DNA of 64,000 nt from Felis catus (taxonomy: Eukaryota), in assembly GCF_018350175.1 (NCBI RefSeq), contig NC_058383.1:14076001-14140000 (forward strand), in the 5' to 3' direction. A program made the position numbers and the translations under genes. This document shows, piece by piece, positions 26,365 to 39,699 of the stretch (the first letter of the stretch is position 1; each line of letters starts with the position of its first letter). A model generated the notes under the pieces. That model was given only the letters and a program-made list of their open reading frames with translations, made no database searches and was not told where the DNA came from.

Positions 26365-26600
26365 CACCTACGTAGCGCTTACTATGTGACGAGGCATAAG
26401 TGTATTACATGGATATTATTAACCCATTCAATCCTCAAAATAAGTCTCTAAGGTAGGTACTATTTCTATCTCTATAGACAATGACACTGAGGACCAGAGA
26501 AGTTAGGCGGTTAGGTCAAGATCACACAGCCAATAGTGGTAGAGCTGGACTTTGAACCATGTGGCCAGACCCCCAAATGTTCTTAACCAGCAGGCTATGT
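26365..26600 (-). mobile_element. MIR SINE
   Basis: TAGCGCTTACTATGTG...CCATTCAATCCTCA...ACTGAGGACCAGAGAAGTTAGG...AAGATCACACAGC MIR core. Confidence 0.75.
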
Positions 26601-26611
26601 TGTCTTCTAAA

Positions 26612-27483
26612 TGGAGATTTAGAGATGAATAATGGTATTGGATACGGCAAAACAACAACGTATTACGCAGTTTAAAACATATATAGGGGGCGCCTGGGTG
26701 GCTCAGTCGGTTACTTGGCCGACTTCAGCTCAGGTCATGATCTCGCGGTCCATGAGTTTGAGCCCCGCGTCGGGCTCTGGACTGATGGCTCAGAGCCTGG
26801 AGCCTGCTTCCGATTCTGTGTCTCCCTCTCTCTCTGACCCTCCCCTGTTCATGCTCTGTCTCTCTCTGTCTCAAAAATAAATAAAAAACGTTAAAAAAAA
26901 TTAAAAAAAAAAACATATATAGGATTAAACTAAGTGTGAGTGCCTGAGTATACGACAGACAATGGCCAGACCATATACAAAAACAGAGCTAGGACCCACA
27001 GTCTGCAGCAACCAGTCGAGGAAACCAACCTATCAGCAGAGTAGCCGGCCAAGAATCAAGCTTCTGTCTCTTGCAGGAAGTCAGACAGCTCGCTTCCAGC
27101 AAGTGGCCCAGGACGCTAAACAATAACCAACAATACAAGTTGGCCCCAAATGACCAGGATCCGATGCAAACACCAACAGCTTCCCTAATTTTTGTCCCCA
27201 CTTGGGCTCAGGATCAATCAGACAAAGTGAAATACACTCTCCAAGCCAATGAATGGTGTGGCATGCCTCCTGCCGAGGATCCCCCTACAGCTTCCCCAGG
27301 CCGACAGCCTCCCCTCAGGGCCCTGAAGGCCTCCACCCATCCCCACAAAGCTCTCCAGCCCCCTGCCTGCCTTTGAGTCTCGGCCAAGCCCACGTGATGG
27401 TGGCTGACTCCCGGGGCAATCGCAAGTTCTGAACGCACGGCCTTTGCTTTTTCCCATTTGATTGGTCTTTGTTTATTTCCAGA
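26612..27483 (+). mobile_element. Solo ERV LTR (MER89/MER110-like, tentative); SINE at 26687-26912; another SINE (-) follows at ~27497-27720
   Basis: TGGCCAGACCATATAC...GACCCACAGTCTGCAGCAACC...GCCTTTGAGTCTC...TTTATTTCCAGA; clearly homologous to 39810-40114. Confidence 0.6.
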
Positions 27484-28569
27484 AGAGACAACAATTAAAA
27501 TTTTTTTTTAATTTTTAAAAAACTTTTTAAAAAATATTTATTTGTCTTTTGAGAGAGAGAGAGAGAGCTTGAGCTGGTGAGGGGCAGAGAGAGGGAGACA
27601 CAGAACCTGAAGCAGGCTGCGGGCTGCCAGCACGGAGCCCGCCGCGGGGCTCGAACCCACGGACTGCAAGATCATGACCTGACCGAAGCGCGTAACCGAC
27701 TGCACCCACCCAGGTGCCCCAGGTTCCTGCTTACATTCCCTCTGCATACCAACCCTTCCCAAGCTTCTAGCCAGAATTCATTCCCTCTTTAGACCGCCAA
27801 GGCAGGACTTGGTCTCCAGTCCCAAACAATGAATGAACTTTGGAAGAGGTTTCTAAAAAGGGCCTCAGAATTTCTTTAGGGCGACCACATGCCTGTGTAC
27901 CCCGGGGCCATTCGATGGGAGGCCCGGTTAGGACTGGTTCCAAAAAGACAAAGGAAAAGGGACTATTTGACTTTCAAAATCCCTGTTCCAACTGGGAGAT
28001 CCTGCAGTTTCCCGATTAGACAGAATGAAGGATGAAGCCTGGCATTTACCCATTAAAGCAATGACGAGTAGGTCTAATTTGTGGTATCTCTAACTGATAG
28101 TTTGCATTTTAAGGTTAAGATATTTTATTGCTTCCAGATGGTCAGCTAACTTCCAGCCAGAGGAACATTACTGCGGAGTTTAAGAATAGCTATGATGCAA
28201 AGAGAGATTTTAATTATCATGTAAAGGATCTAATTAAAAAGACATACAGTAGTCGGCTTTTCACATGCTCAAGCCCATAAAAATCAGTAGTTTAAAAAAT
28301 TACCTTAAGAAAGAAATTGGAAAATTATTCAATTTGAAGCAGAGACACTTGAGGAATTTCTCCAATTGGGGAACCAGAATTAGGTTAACTGTTGGTTCCT
28401 AGAGGCCTCGATTTCCATGTTGTTCCTTGCGTTTTGTTTTCTGGCACAAACTGGTGGAAGGTTCAAGTCGTTTTGCTTCTTTGTTAGTTTGTTTCTGGAA
28501 TAAGGCAGATTCTCTTCAACGAAGCAAGCGAGCAACCAGCCCATCAAGTTCGTAACCAAGTGGTGAATT

Positions 28570-28750
28570 TCTGGGTCTCTGAGCTCGAGACCGAGATTCA
28601 GAATCAGATTCTTCCACTTACTGGGTGACCTTGGGCAAAGCACATAAGCTCTGTGAGCCTCGGCTTTCTGGTGTGTAAGATGGTGAGTCCTCTCCTGAGG
28701 GTTTCTGGAGGGTACCATGAGACAACGAAAGTCAGCTACTGCTTACCTGC
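28570..28750 (+). mobile_element. MIR SINE
   Basis: CCACTTACTGGGTGACCTTGGGCAAAG...CTCTGTGAGCCTCGGCTTTCT...TGTAAGATGG. Confidence 0.75.
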
Positions 28751-29148
28751 AGAGTCTTAGAACGTGCGCTCATTCGCAGAGGAGGCCAAAGACTCTGGAA
28801 GACCTGGGCCCGGCAGGAATTGGACCGCGAGATATTCGACAATGTGCTGTTGTCTCTGCGACTTCCCCTCCCTGGCTCCTGAGCTCTGCAACACAGGGAC
28901 ATTTTGCAAGAGGAACAGAGGGGTTTGTAGCAGGGATGGGATAGAGAGTCCTGCTGCAGGGAAACTGAGCTCTTTGGACTTAATGATTTGGAACCAGGTG
29001 GCTACTGACGTGTGATACGCTGACAACGAATAGACACCGTCTTTCCACGATGCCCCTGCACCTCCCTGCTTCAGGACCTTCTGATCCACCTACCCCCAAA
29101 TTCTCCGTGTGATACCTTGGGGCTGGTGCTGAAACAAAAAGCTGCAAA

Positions 29149-29350
29149 TGGGAGCCTGGGTGGCTCAGTTGGTTAAACTTCCGACTTCGGCTCAGGTCAT
29201 GATCTCACGGTTGGTGAGTTCAAGCCCTGCGGCTGGCTCTGAGCAGACGGCTCGGAGCCTGGAGCCCGCTTTGGATTCTGTGTCTCCCTCTCTCTCTGCC
29301 CCTCCCTCACTCTCTCTTCATCTCTCTCAAAATAAATAAAGTTAAAAAAA
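29149..29350 (+). mobile_element. Can-SINE
   Basis: SINE head, (CT) region, AAATAAA tail. Confidence 0.9.
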
Positions 29351-29719
29351 CATTTTGTTAACTCGAGTGACAGTAATAGCCTTTCCAGAAACTGGTGGGT
29401 AATAACTTGCCCAGAAACTGGTGGGTTATAGGTAGCTAATAATTCCCTAGAATGTCCTTTTCTTTACTCTTCCTACCTTCCCTTTTCTCCTTCCTGCCTA
29501 CTATGTTCAGAAGTCCGATTTCATAGAATGAGAAGGTTCTAGACCATACCTCTTTTCCTCCAGAAACAAAGCACAGACTAATGCAGCATGCGTCCACTGT
29601 ATCCAGAAGCCCAGTATAGTTTACATAACTATCATGGACAAGAAGCTTCCAGAAAATTAGGAAGGCAACTGGGTTAGGGCAAGTGACTCCCTACAGCCAA
29701 GTACATAGAAGAGTGGGAT

Positions 29720-31300
29720 TTGTGTCTAGAACATATAAAGAACTCTTACGACTCGATGATATCATAAACAACCCATTTAAAATAAGGGCCTCTGGGTGGC
29801 TCAGTGGCTTAAGTGACTGACTCTAGATTTCAGCTCAGGTCACGATCTCACGGTTCGTGAGTTCAAGCCCTGCATTGGGCTCCATGCTGGCCGTGCGGAG
29901 CCTGCTTGGGACTCTCTCTTTCTCCCGTTCTTTGTCCCTCCCCAGCTCACTGTCTCTTTTTCAAAGTAAATACACTTAAAAATAGGAAAAAGATTTGAAC
30001 AAATATTTCATGAAAGAAGATTTACGAATGACTTACAAGCATATTAAAAAGATGTTTACTGACTTTTGTCCTGTGGCAAATTAAAGTTGCAATGACATAC
30101 AATTTCACACCTGCTAAAATGGCTAAGAGGAAAAAGGCTTGCCATACCAAAGCACTGATAGGATATAGAAGAACTTAATCTCTCGTATGTTGCTGATGAG
30201 GATGTAAAGTGGTACAGCCCCTCTCGAAGCCAGTTTGGCAGTTTCTGATGGATTTAGACATACATTTACCTTATCTGCCAGTGATTCTCCTTCTAGGTAT
30301 TTACCCAAGCGAAATAAACAATTTGTCCACACGAAGACTTATATATGGGTGTTTATAGCAGTTTCTTTATATTAGCAAAAACTGGAAACAACCTGATTTC
30401 CAGCAACAGATGAATAGATACATAAATTGGAGTATCTGCATACAGTGGAATATTACTCAGCAAGAAAAAGGAATGAGTTATTGATACATGCTCCAATATA
30501 AATGAACCTAAAAATAATTATTCTCTGTGAAAGAAGCGAGCCAGACCAAAAAAGAAAAAAAAAAGACTGTGTATTGTATAACTTTATTATAAAGAAAGCA
30601 AATGAATGTCTTCCTGGGGCTGGAGTTAGAAGAAATTGACCACAGAGGGGTATGAGGGAACTTTCTGGGGGTGATTAAAATATTCCCTATCTTGGAAGGA
30701 GATCCTGACATTTGCAACGACATGGATAAACCTGGAGAACATTATGCTAAATGAAACAAGCCAGACACAGAAATATAAATAACTGCATGATCTCACTTAT
30801 ATGTGCAATCCAAAAAAGTGAAATAGGTAGAAGGAGAGATAAAAATAGAAGTTAATAAGGGCAGGAGGTAGGGAAAAGGAGGTGATGTTGGTCCAAGGAT
30901 ACAAAGTTACAGTTATGTAGGATGAGTACGTCTAGAGATGTAGAGCATGGTGATTGGAGTTAATAATACTGCATTGAATACTGGAAATTTGCAAAAAAAG
31001 AGTAGATTTCAGGTGCTTTTATCACACGAAAAAGTAACTATGTGAGCAGATATGTTGATTAGCTAGACTGTAGTAATTATTTCACTATGTATATGCATAT
31101 TAAATCATGTTGTTTGCCTAAATATATAAAATTTTTGTCAAAGAACAAAAAGTAAATAGGCAACTGGCTAAATAAAAGAAAGTATTCTCTATCTAGAAAG
31201 TGATGGTTGTTACATGACTAAAGGGATGTGTTAAAACTCACTGAAATATACACGTAAAACTGATACCTTTTGTTGTATGTCATTTACACCTCCGTGAAAA
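29720..31300 (+). mobile_element. Old L1 3' region with nested L1MA-like 3' end (~30699-31178) and a SINE (~29786-29985)
   Basis: L1 ORF2/3' UTR motifs; nested piece bounded by degenerate duplication AAAATATTCCCTATCTTGGAAG (30677-30698) / AAAGTATTCTCTATCTAGAAAG (31179-31200). Confidence 0.7.
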
Positions 31301-32589
31301 TGAGGAATTACCCTGGGGGAGCGAGAATTACCCTGGGGGAGCAAGAGCTAAAACTCGCAGTAGGAAGGCAAATCAGTGGTGCCAAATAGGAGGTTTTTGG
31401 TGTTTCTTTGAGACGGATTTTTTTTCCCAGCAGAATTTTCCCGCCACTGTAGCGTGCACACAGTTTTGTTTCTGCAACTAAAATAGTGGTGTGGCTGGTG
31501 AAGATTGAAAACCAGACAGTGGGCAGGTAGCTCTACGTAAAATCACATCTATCATGCTGCGGAAAGCCAGGTTACCTGTAAGTGGCAGAAGGTAATGGGA
31601 AATCAGTTTTCGGAGCTCAGAGAATGTCAGCTAACCTGCTTTGATAGGCTTGGAGACATGAATATTCTAAGCTTAGGGATGCTATTATGGGTCTGGAAAG
31701 CCCAGGGCAGATGTTCTGATGTTGGTTTTACGGATACCCACAAAGCAACTCTCCTGTGTGTTGGACACAAATAGGCTTTCACCTCCTATCAGATTCAAAT
31801 ATCTCCATTATTCCTTTTCACGGGAATAAAACTCTGGATGTACAACCACAAACACGAATCATATCTCAGTGGGAATTCTGCATATTTCAGGCTGAAGGAC
31901 ATAAACAAGGGCCAGTGTGTGTCACCAGCACGACCCATTCAGACCAGCAGCCGTTCACTTATGTTTTCAGTTCATCAATTCACCCACTTAGACAATATCC
32001 ATTTTGCAGCTTCTGCGTGCAGAGTGTCCGAGAGACCATGTTTCTGACATTGTCTCTCACAGTCCGTTTGGGGACAGACATGTGAACAAATAATTCTGAT
32101 GTAACGTGATCATCGAGGTGAGTGTTCGCGGAGCTGTGAGAGTTCAGACAAGGGAGTAAGTCACACAATCTAGGGAACTAGGAAGGATTTTGCACACACC
32201 CCGGGCACATGGAAACACTGAGGCATACTTACCGCACAGGTGTCGAGGGCCAGTTTGGTGAGAAATCCCTTCCCTTAAACAATCCATGTGAGGATCTCAT
32301 CTGTGGATTTCTCCTAGATCCATTTAAGGCTGAAAATAACCAAAAAATGAGGAAAGTTGTTTATAGAGTATCTCCAGCTCTGGGCTGAAAAGGATCGGCA
32401 ATCTTATTTCCTTCACCCAGCTAAGGTATAAGCCATCTTCTGGGTATGAAGAAAATAGCACTCTGGTATAATTTATTCATTCACCTTACTTATTAATGTG
32501 TGCGGACGTGCTTATTGATTGCCATTATTCAATTGTACGGATACATTTCCCCCAAATCCACAGGGTGCTGGGATCTGCTTACATCATTC

Positions 32590-34990
32590 TTTTTTTTTTT
32601 CTTAACTTTATTTATTTATTATTTGAGACAGTGTGTGAGTGGGGGAGGGGCAGAGAGGGGAAGGGAAAGAATCCCAAGCAGGCTCCGTGCTATCAGGGCA
32701 GAGCCTGACTCGGGGCTCCATCTCATGAACCTTGAGGTCATGACCTGAGCCAAAGTCAAGAGTCAGATGCTTGTTTAACTGACTGAGCCCCCCAGCCCCC
32801 CGCAGGCACCCCTGTTACATCATTCTTGATTTTTATTCTTTCTGCCTTTTCCCCCTCTCTCTTTGGATACCTCTACCTGCTTGTCCTCCTAGGCAAAAAG
32901 ATCAATAAGAAAAGATGTCATTTGCAAACTTTGCAGTGACACTCTGAAAACGCACTGCCAACAAGGTTAATAACAGAGCACTCTGGGGCTGACCGTGTAG
33001 CGAGAGAGTGGAGGCACCGATTCCGCCACTGCCTTCTCTGCCTTCCTTCCAGTTGTGGGGTTTTGCTATCTACCTGCATGGAGGTGTAGTGAAGATGAAA
33101 AGTAATCACTTGCAGGGGCACCTGGGTGGCTGAGTCCGTTAGGCGTCCGACTTCGGCTGAGGTCACGATCTCGCGGTTCGTGAGTTCGAGGCCCACGTCC
33201 GGCTCTCTGCTGTAGGCACAGAGCCCGCTTTGGATCCTCTGTCCTCCTCTCTCTCTGCACCTTCTTCGCTGTCTCTCAAAAATAAATAAACATTAAAAAA
33301 AAAAAAAGATTTCTTAGGGGACCCTGGGTGGCTCCATCGGTGAAGCATCCCATTCTTGGTTTCGGGTCAGATCATGATCTCGGGGTTTCCTGAGTTCGAG
33401 CCCCGTGTCTGCCTTTGCACTGACAGTGCACAGCCTGCTTGGGATTCTCTGTCTCCTCTCTCTCTCTCTCTCTGCCCCTCCCCTGCTCGCGCTGTCTCTG
33501 TCTGTCTCAAAATAAATAAATAAACTTAAAAAAAATAAAAGGTACACAGTCGGTTAATCATCCAATTTTGGCTCAGAGCCCCGCATCGGGCTTTCCACTA
33601 TCATCGAGGAGCCTGCTGCAGAACCTCTGTCTCCCCCTCTCTCTCTCTCTCTCTCTCTCAAAAATAAACGTTAAAAAAAAAAAAAAGAAAAAAAGAAGTA
33701 GTCATTTGCAAGGGTCAGCTCTGGGGCAGGGTTTGTTAAACTCATTTGCAAATCCCTCTGGTGGAACCTGAGAACCAGGCGGTGGTCTATGGATGGGCGT
33801 ATTTTGTGAGAAAGGGAATCACTTAATGTGCATTATAAGCATATACAGCTTACAAAACAAAGGCGAAAAAAGGCAGCAGCCTGTAACGGTTCAAAGCACG
33901 AACTCTCGAGTTAGACTACTTGGTTCAAATCCTGGCTCTTATCCTTACGCGCTGTTGAGACTGAACAAATTAGTAAATTTCCCTGTGCCTCGGTGTCCTC
34001 ATTTGTTACATGGGCATGATAATGACAGTACCCACCTTATAGGGTTCCCGTTTGGACTAAACTGAGTTAATGCATGTAAAACATTAATCAGTCACATAAG
34101 GAAAACATTAAGTAAATTAAAAACACGACCCACAGCAAGCACCCGATAAAATTTGCTTTATTATTTTGTGGATATTACTTTCGCACATGTAGCTAATTGA
34201 AAAGAGAAGTGGGTTCGTTTAAATGCAAAAGTTCAGGGGCGCCTGGGTGGCTCAGTCGGTTAAGCGTCGGACTTCGGCTCAGGTCACGATCTCGCGGTAT
34301 GTGAGTTTGAGCCCCGCGTCGGGCTCTGTGCTGACTGCTCAGAGCCTGGAGCCTGTTTCAGATTCTGTGTCTCCCTCTCTCTCTGACCCTCCCCCGTTCA
34401 TGCTCTGTCTCTCTCTGTCTCAAAAATAAATAAATGTTAAAAAAAATTTTTTTAAATGCAAAAGTTCTATAGATAATGATACAGTTGGTACTTAAACATT
34501 AAAACATTAGTGAGTGTGGGTGGTTCTGTCGGTTAAGTGAGCGACTCTTGTGTTTTGACTCAGGTCATGATCTCATGGTCGCGGGAGGAGTTCCACGCAG
34601 GGCTCTGCACTCAGTATGGAGCTTGCTTGGGATTCTCTCTCCCTCTCTTTCTGCCTCTCTCTCGCGCTCGCTCGCTCTCTCAAAATAAATCAATAAACAT
34701 TAAAAAAAAAGATGCGGGGCGCCTGGGTGGTTCCATCGATTGAGTTGTCGGACTCCTGATGTCAGCCCAGGTCATGATCTCACGGTCGGTGGGGTGGAGC
34801 CCTGCCTCAGACTCTGCGGAGACAGCACAGAGTCTCCTTGAGATTCTCTCTGTCTCCCTCTCTCTCTGCCCCTCCCCTGCTCTCTCTCTCTGTCTCAAAA
34901 CAAATAAATAAACACTAAAAAAATTCTCCTGCTCCCTCTGCCCCTCCCCAACTTTCACTCAATAAAACAAACAAAAAACAAACAAACAAA
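32590..34990. mobile_element. SINE cluster: 32590-32812(-), 33115-33308, 33317-33540, 33548-33690, 34236-34450, 34515-34712, 34716-34990 (+); MIR at ~33880-34100
   Basis: Can-SINE bodies; the 34236 copy has TSD TTTAAATGCAAAAGTTC; MIR motif GGTTCAAATCCTGGCTCT...CTGTGCCTCGGTGTCCTCATTTGT. Confidence 0.85.
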
Positions 34991-35674
34991 ACATTGCTGA
35001 ATATATCCACAGTGCGGAAGGTTGGGGTGACTGTAATGAACAGAACCCCCAAATTCAATGGCTTCAAGACAAGAAATGTACTATGTTGTAAATAGTACAG
35101 GGTAGATGTTTCCAGTTAGCAGGTGGTTTTGCACCATGTGGTGTCTGGGAGCCCCAGAGTCCTTTCGTCGTGAGGCTCTCCCGGCCCTGTGAGCCTCCCC
35201 ATTACCTTCATGGCAAGGGCGGGTGGCCACCTTGAGGTTCTAGCACATAATGGGGGAAGAAGGTCCCAGCTGTCTTGAAGTCCCTGGCCCGGGAGGGGCC
35301 ACCCCTGTTGGCTAAAACTTACTCACGTGTTCACAGCTGACTGGAAGGGAGACTGGGAAGCACAGGGTTGCTCTGTCCCAGGTTTTGACGGACAGCTAGC
35401 TGACTCTCAGTGTGAACGGTTCACGAGTGGGAAACACTGCCCTTGGGGTTACTGGCGGGATTCTTCTTGGGGCTAGGACCGAGGAGCAAGATTGCATTCA
35501 AGGGTTCCCGGTGACAGGCAAGGGTCGGTGAGTTTTAGGCCCCCTGCCATTTAACACTGAGCTTTACTTTTTCCTCTTCTGCATTGTGATTCCCATGATA
35601 CGCTCGACTCTTAGGGAAGATCTGTTACACAGAACGGTCTTGAGTTGGAGGTGCCTGAAGTGTGAAGGATGGGA

Positions 35675-36805
35675 CGGTGATGGGCAGATGACCCACCAAG
35701 GTGTCATCACCCTAATCCCCAGAACCTACGAATGTATTGATTTACGTGGCAAAGGGACTTTGCAGGTGTGGTTAAGATTCAAAGACCTCGAGGGGCACCC
35801 GGGTGGCTCAGTCCCCTAAGCGTTGGACCCATGATTTGGGCTCAGGTTAAGGTTAGTGAGTCTGAGCCCTTCATTGGGCTCTGAGCTAACAATGTGGAGC
35901 CTGCTTGGGATTCTTTCTCTTTCTCTGCCCCTGTCCCCCACACCCCCCAAATAAATAAACTTAGAAGATTAAAGACCTTGAGAAGAGAGGGGCGCCTGGG
36001 TGGCTCAGTTGGTTAAGGGTCTGACTTCGGCCCTGGTCATAACTTGTGGCTCATGGGCTTGAGTGCTACATCGGGCTCTGTGCTGACAGTTCGGAGCCTG
36101 GAGTCTGTTTCAGATCCTGTGTCTCCCTCTCTCTCTGCCCCTCCCCTGCTCATGCTCTGTCTCTTTCTCTCTCGCTCAAAAATAAAAACATTTCAAAAAG
36201 TTTAAAAGACCTTGAGAAGGGAAATTAGTCTGGAGTTTCTAGGTGGGTCCACTCTAATACTATGAGTTCTTTTTTTTTTTTTTTCTTAGAGAGAGTGAGA
36301 GTGGAGGAGAAGGGAAGAGGGAGAAAGGAGAGAGAGAGAGGGAGAGAGAGAGAGAGACAGTTTCCACGCTCAGCATAGAGCCCTACTTGGGACTCAATCC
36401 CATGACCCTGGGATCATGACCTGAGCAGAAATCAAGAGTTGGACTCTCAAATGACTGAGCCACCCAGGCGCCCTGTAACCCTATGAGTCCTTATAAACAG
36501 AGAATCTTTTCTGGCTGCAGTCAGAGAGCTAATGTGGCAGGATGAATTCAGCCTGAACTGATTGGCTTCAGGACGGAGAAAGGGGGCCATGAGGCAAGGG
36601 ATGTGGGCAGCCTTTAGAAGCCAGAAAAAGCAAGGAAATGGATTCTTCCCTCGAAGCCCCAGAAAGGAGTGCAGCCTGCCAAACACCTTGATCTTAGCCC
36701 CGTGAGATCCATGCCAGACTTCTGATCTATAGAATTATAAGATCAACTTCTGTTGTTTTAAGCCTCTACGTTCGTGGCAATTCTTCATAGTTAATACAGG
36801 AACTT
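35675..36805 (+). mobile_element. MaLR LTR (MLT1C/D-like) interrupted by three SINEs (35793-35960+, 35989-36200+, 36270-36473-)
   Basis: CCTAATCCCCAGAACCT...GGCAAAGGGACTTTGCAGGTGTGGTTAAG and GCAAGGAAATGGATTCTTCCC...TGTTGTTTTAAGCC. Confidence 0.8.
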
Positions 36806-38064
36806 GTGTCCTTGGTTTGGAAGAGATGGTGAACGAGGAAGCATGGAGACATGGGAAAAATACTGACTGGAAATCCAAGGGCCATGAGCATGAGGGGACA
36901 AGGACAGCCAGGCTAAGGTGAGCAACCCCGGAGAATCTTACCCATAGAAGCACTTGGGGAGGACGTTAGGCTTCTCATAGCGACAACAATGGAGGATTTA
37001 AAGGAAAGGGTGACCCAGGGGCCGGGGGAAACCTGGGGACAGTCAGTTTACACGTCCTGGGCCATGAAGTAAGTTGACGATAGCCAAGACAAAATCCCAC
37101 CGACTTCCATCCATCCCGGAAATTCTACCTGCACCATGAGAATTCCAGTAGCCTTGCTCGCTTTCCGAGTACTTGCTCGTTTCCAGAGTACTTGCAGAGT
37201 ATTTTGGGCTGTTTCACATGGACTATCAAAAAAATATGCTTTCCTAAGAATTTTCTCCAAATGAGCTGCTGCATGCAAGCAAAATGGCCCAGGAAACTCT
37301 GGTTTCAAAGGCCACCTCCTGGAGCTTCGTGAAACCACCCAGCAGAGCGAGTCTTGAGCCCAAACTACCACCCATTATAGAAAAGTTGTTGTTCTTCATT
37401 GGCCATTGCATATATAATGAGCAAGTCCTCATGGGGTATGTCGACATGGATTTCATATGTTCTGGTGCATCAGTTAGTAGGTAGCAGGTTGTGAACAAAG
37501 GAAGATGTGTCTAGAACACCCAGAAGCAGAGTTTTCATCCTGGAAAAAAAGGCAGGAGGTCAGTGGTTTAACAAATGCCTCCAGCTCACCCACCTCTGAC
37601 ATCTGTTCTTGGAGCCGGTCTAACCAGGTTGGACTAGAGCTGGCATGGCGCTGAGTGGGGGTCAGGGAGTGGGGCCTGAAGCACTGCAGGGTGGAGAGCC
37701 TCCACGACTGTCCCTCTCATGGATGGTTGGAGCCTCTGGCCACCTACTTCCTTTGCGAGCTTCCTCATCCGGTCAGGCCAGAGCCCTTCTGAGCATCATC
37801 ATACGGCATCCATGTGACCCATCGTGGGGAAAGCCTAGTGTCTGGGCCTCTCTTGCACATACTCATACTTACCCCAAAGCCAAAGCAAACAAGGGTCCAA
37901 GAAGGGCTTTAATTCAGCGGAGCACCAGGCAACCAACAGGCAGTGAAAAGTCACGTTCGAGTTCCTTATTCGCACTTTTCTCTCTCCCTCTTTTTTGTTG
38001 TCACTTAGGATCAGCGACAGACAATCTTTTGGTTGTTATAAATGTTCATTCAATTCAGAAAGTT

Positions 38065-38685
38065 GCATATACAGTCTGGTGGTTCTTCAAAAAATTGAAA
38101 ACAGAAATACCGAATGATCAACGAATTCCACTACGGGGTGCTTATCCAAAGAAAACACTAATTCGAAAAGATACATGCCCTATTTGCTGCAGCATTATTC
38201 ACAACAGCCTAAATATGGAAGCAACCCGCATGTCCATTGACAGACGAGCGGATAAGGAAGATGTGGTGGGTATATATAATGGAATACTACGCAGCCATAT
38301 ACAGGATGAGATTGGGCCATTTGCCACAAGTCAGGTGGACCTAGAGGGTCTCGCGCTAAATGAAATAAGTCAGACTGAGAACGACAAACATCCTATGACT
38401 TCACTCATATGTGGAATCTGAAAACAACCCAAATGAAGAAACAACAAAAAACAGAATCAGAGCCATAAATACAGAGAACAAACCGATGATTCCCGGGGGG
38501 GGGGGCAGGGATAGGCAAAATGGGTCAAAGGGACTGGGACATACAGGCTTCCGGTTATGGAACGCTACGCTTGTGGTGAACGGTAACGTAACGTATAAAC
38601 TCATCCGGCCACTATGCTGTATACCTGAAACTAATGTAACATTGTGCGTCAACCGTAATAAAAACGAGTTGCAGGTACAAATAAA
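38065..38685 (+). mobile_element. Carnivore L1 3' fragment (degenerate ORF2 end + 3' UTR)
   Basis: ORF-track peptide TVWWFFKKLKTEIPND...DLEGLALNEISQTENDKHPMTSLICGI is L1 ORF2 C-terminus-like. Confidence 0.85.
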
Positions 38686-39699
38686 AGAGAAGCTTGGGCA
38701 CACAAAGGACTGTAGTGAGGTTCATCTACACCTGAGATGTTTCCATATTGAGGCCTTCCCAAGGGAGCTATCCTTGGGAGGGGTGTGGGGCGGTCCTTGA
38801 GTGAAAATAAGAAGGGGTCCAAGGGCAGAGAGGTGGGAAAGGGAGTCGCAGAGAAGCCAGTTGCCCTGAGGCCTCTGAACTCGGAACTCCGTGACTCTGA
38901 ACAAACAGGCCCAGCCTACCAGTGCCCCACGGTTAGGCCGAGTTGTTTTTCCTAAGAGCAATTCAATAATTTGGTGTTCTGATTTATCCGTTACTTACCT
39001 CTCCTGCCCACAGCAGGCACATGCCGAGTACTGGAGAAGTGCTCAATTAATGAATAAATCAATGAATAGGTACTCGGTAGATAAATCTATGGACAATTTG
39101 TAGATAAAAAGCTCCATATGTTAGGGGTTCTCCCCCATGGCTTCCTGGAAGCCTGGGATGCTAAGCTGGGCCTTAAAAGGGACTTTGAGTTCAAAAGGAA
39201 TCCAACTTCTAGGAGAAGGGAAGGATTTTGGTGAAAATATAACCCCAGGACTTGCATGCAAGTTGGCCAACAGGCAACGATCGCGTTTGAACGGTGGACC
39301 CTACCAGGAAAAGATGTGAAACATGCATGGCCATCATACGTGCAGTGATTCAGAAATTATATCCATGGGCGACTCTTGTTGCATGTATTAAATATCAGTA
39401 AATTTTGCTTTCTTTCTTCTTGTGGATAACAGTAAACAGAAGCTCTAACATTTTCTTCCCATGCCCCAGTGGGTTGCCTTCTGTGCCCACATGCTACTGG
39501 CTGATGAGATTATGGTCGGAAGAGAAGGCCCTGGGTTTGGGGGGCGGCCTACGTCTCTTGGACAGGTGGATCTGGTTTTGATGCGTGTTTCTACCAGCGA
39601 CTAGCCTTTCTCCCTTCTAGGGATTTTAATAACAGATGATAATAACCAGCATATGCTGAGGGTTGACAGGCTGAAATACAAACGGTGTCCAGACCGTGT

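Noticed and set aside
29124..29133. Possible REST/RE1 site (TTCAGCACC on - strand)
   Set aside because: Only the left half-site; no GGACAG half at canonical spacing
37645..38421. 258-aa ORF
   Set aside because: The C-terminal half is a frameshifted L1 ORF2 remnant and the N-terminal half is unrecognisable
39320..39495. Possible hAT-Charlie relic
   Set aside because: Resemblance too weak to assign without a database search
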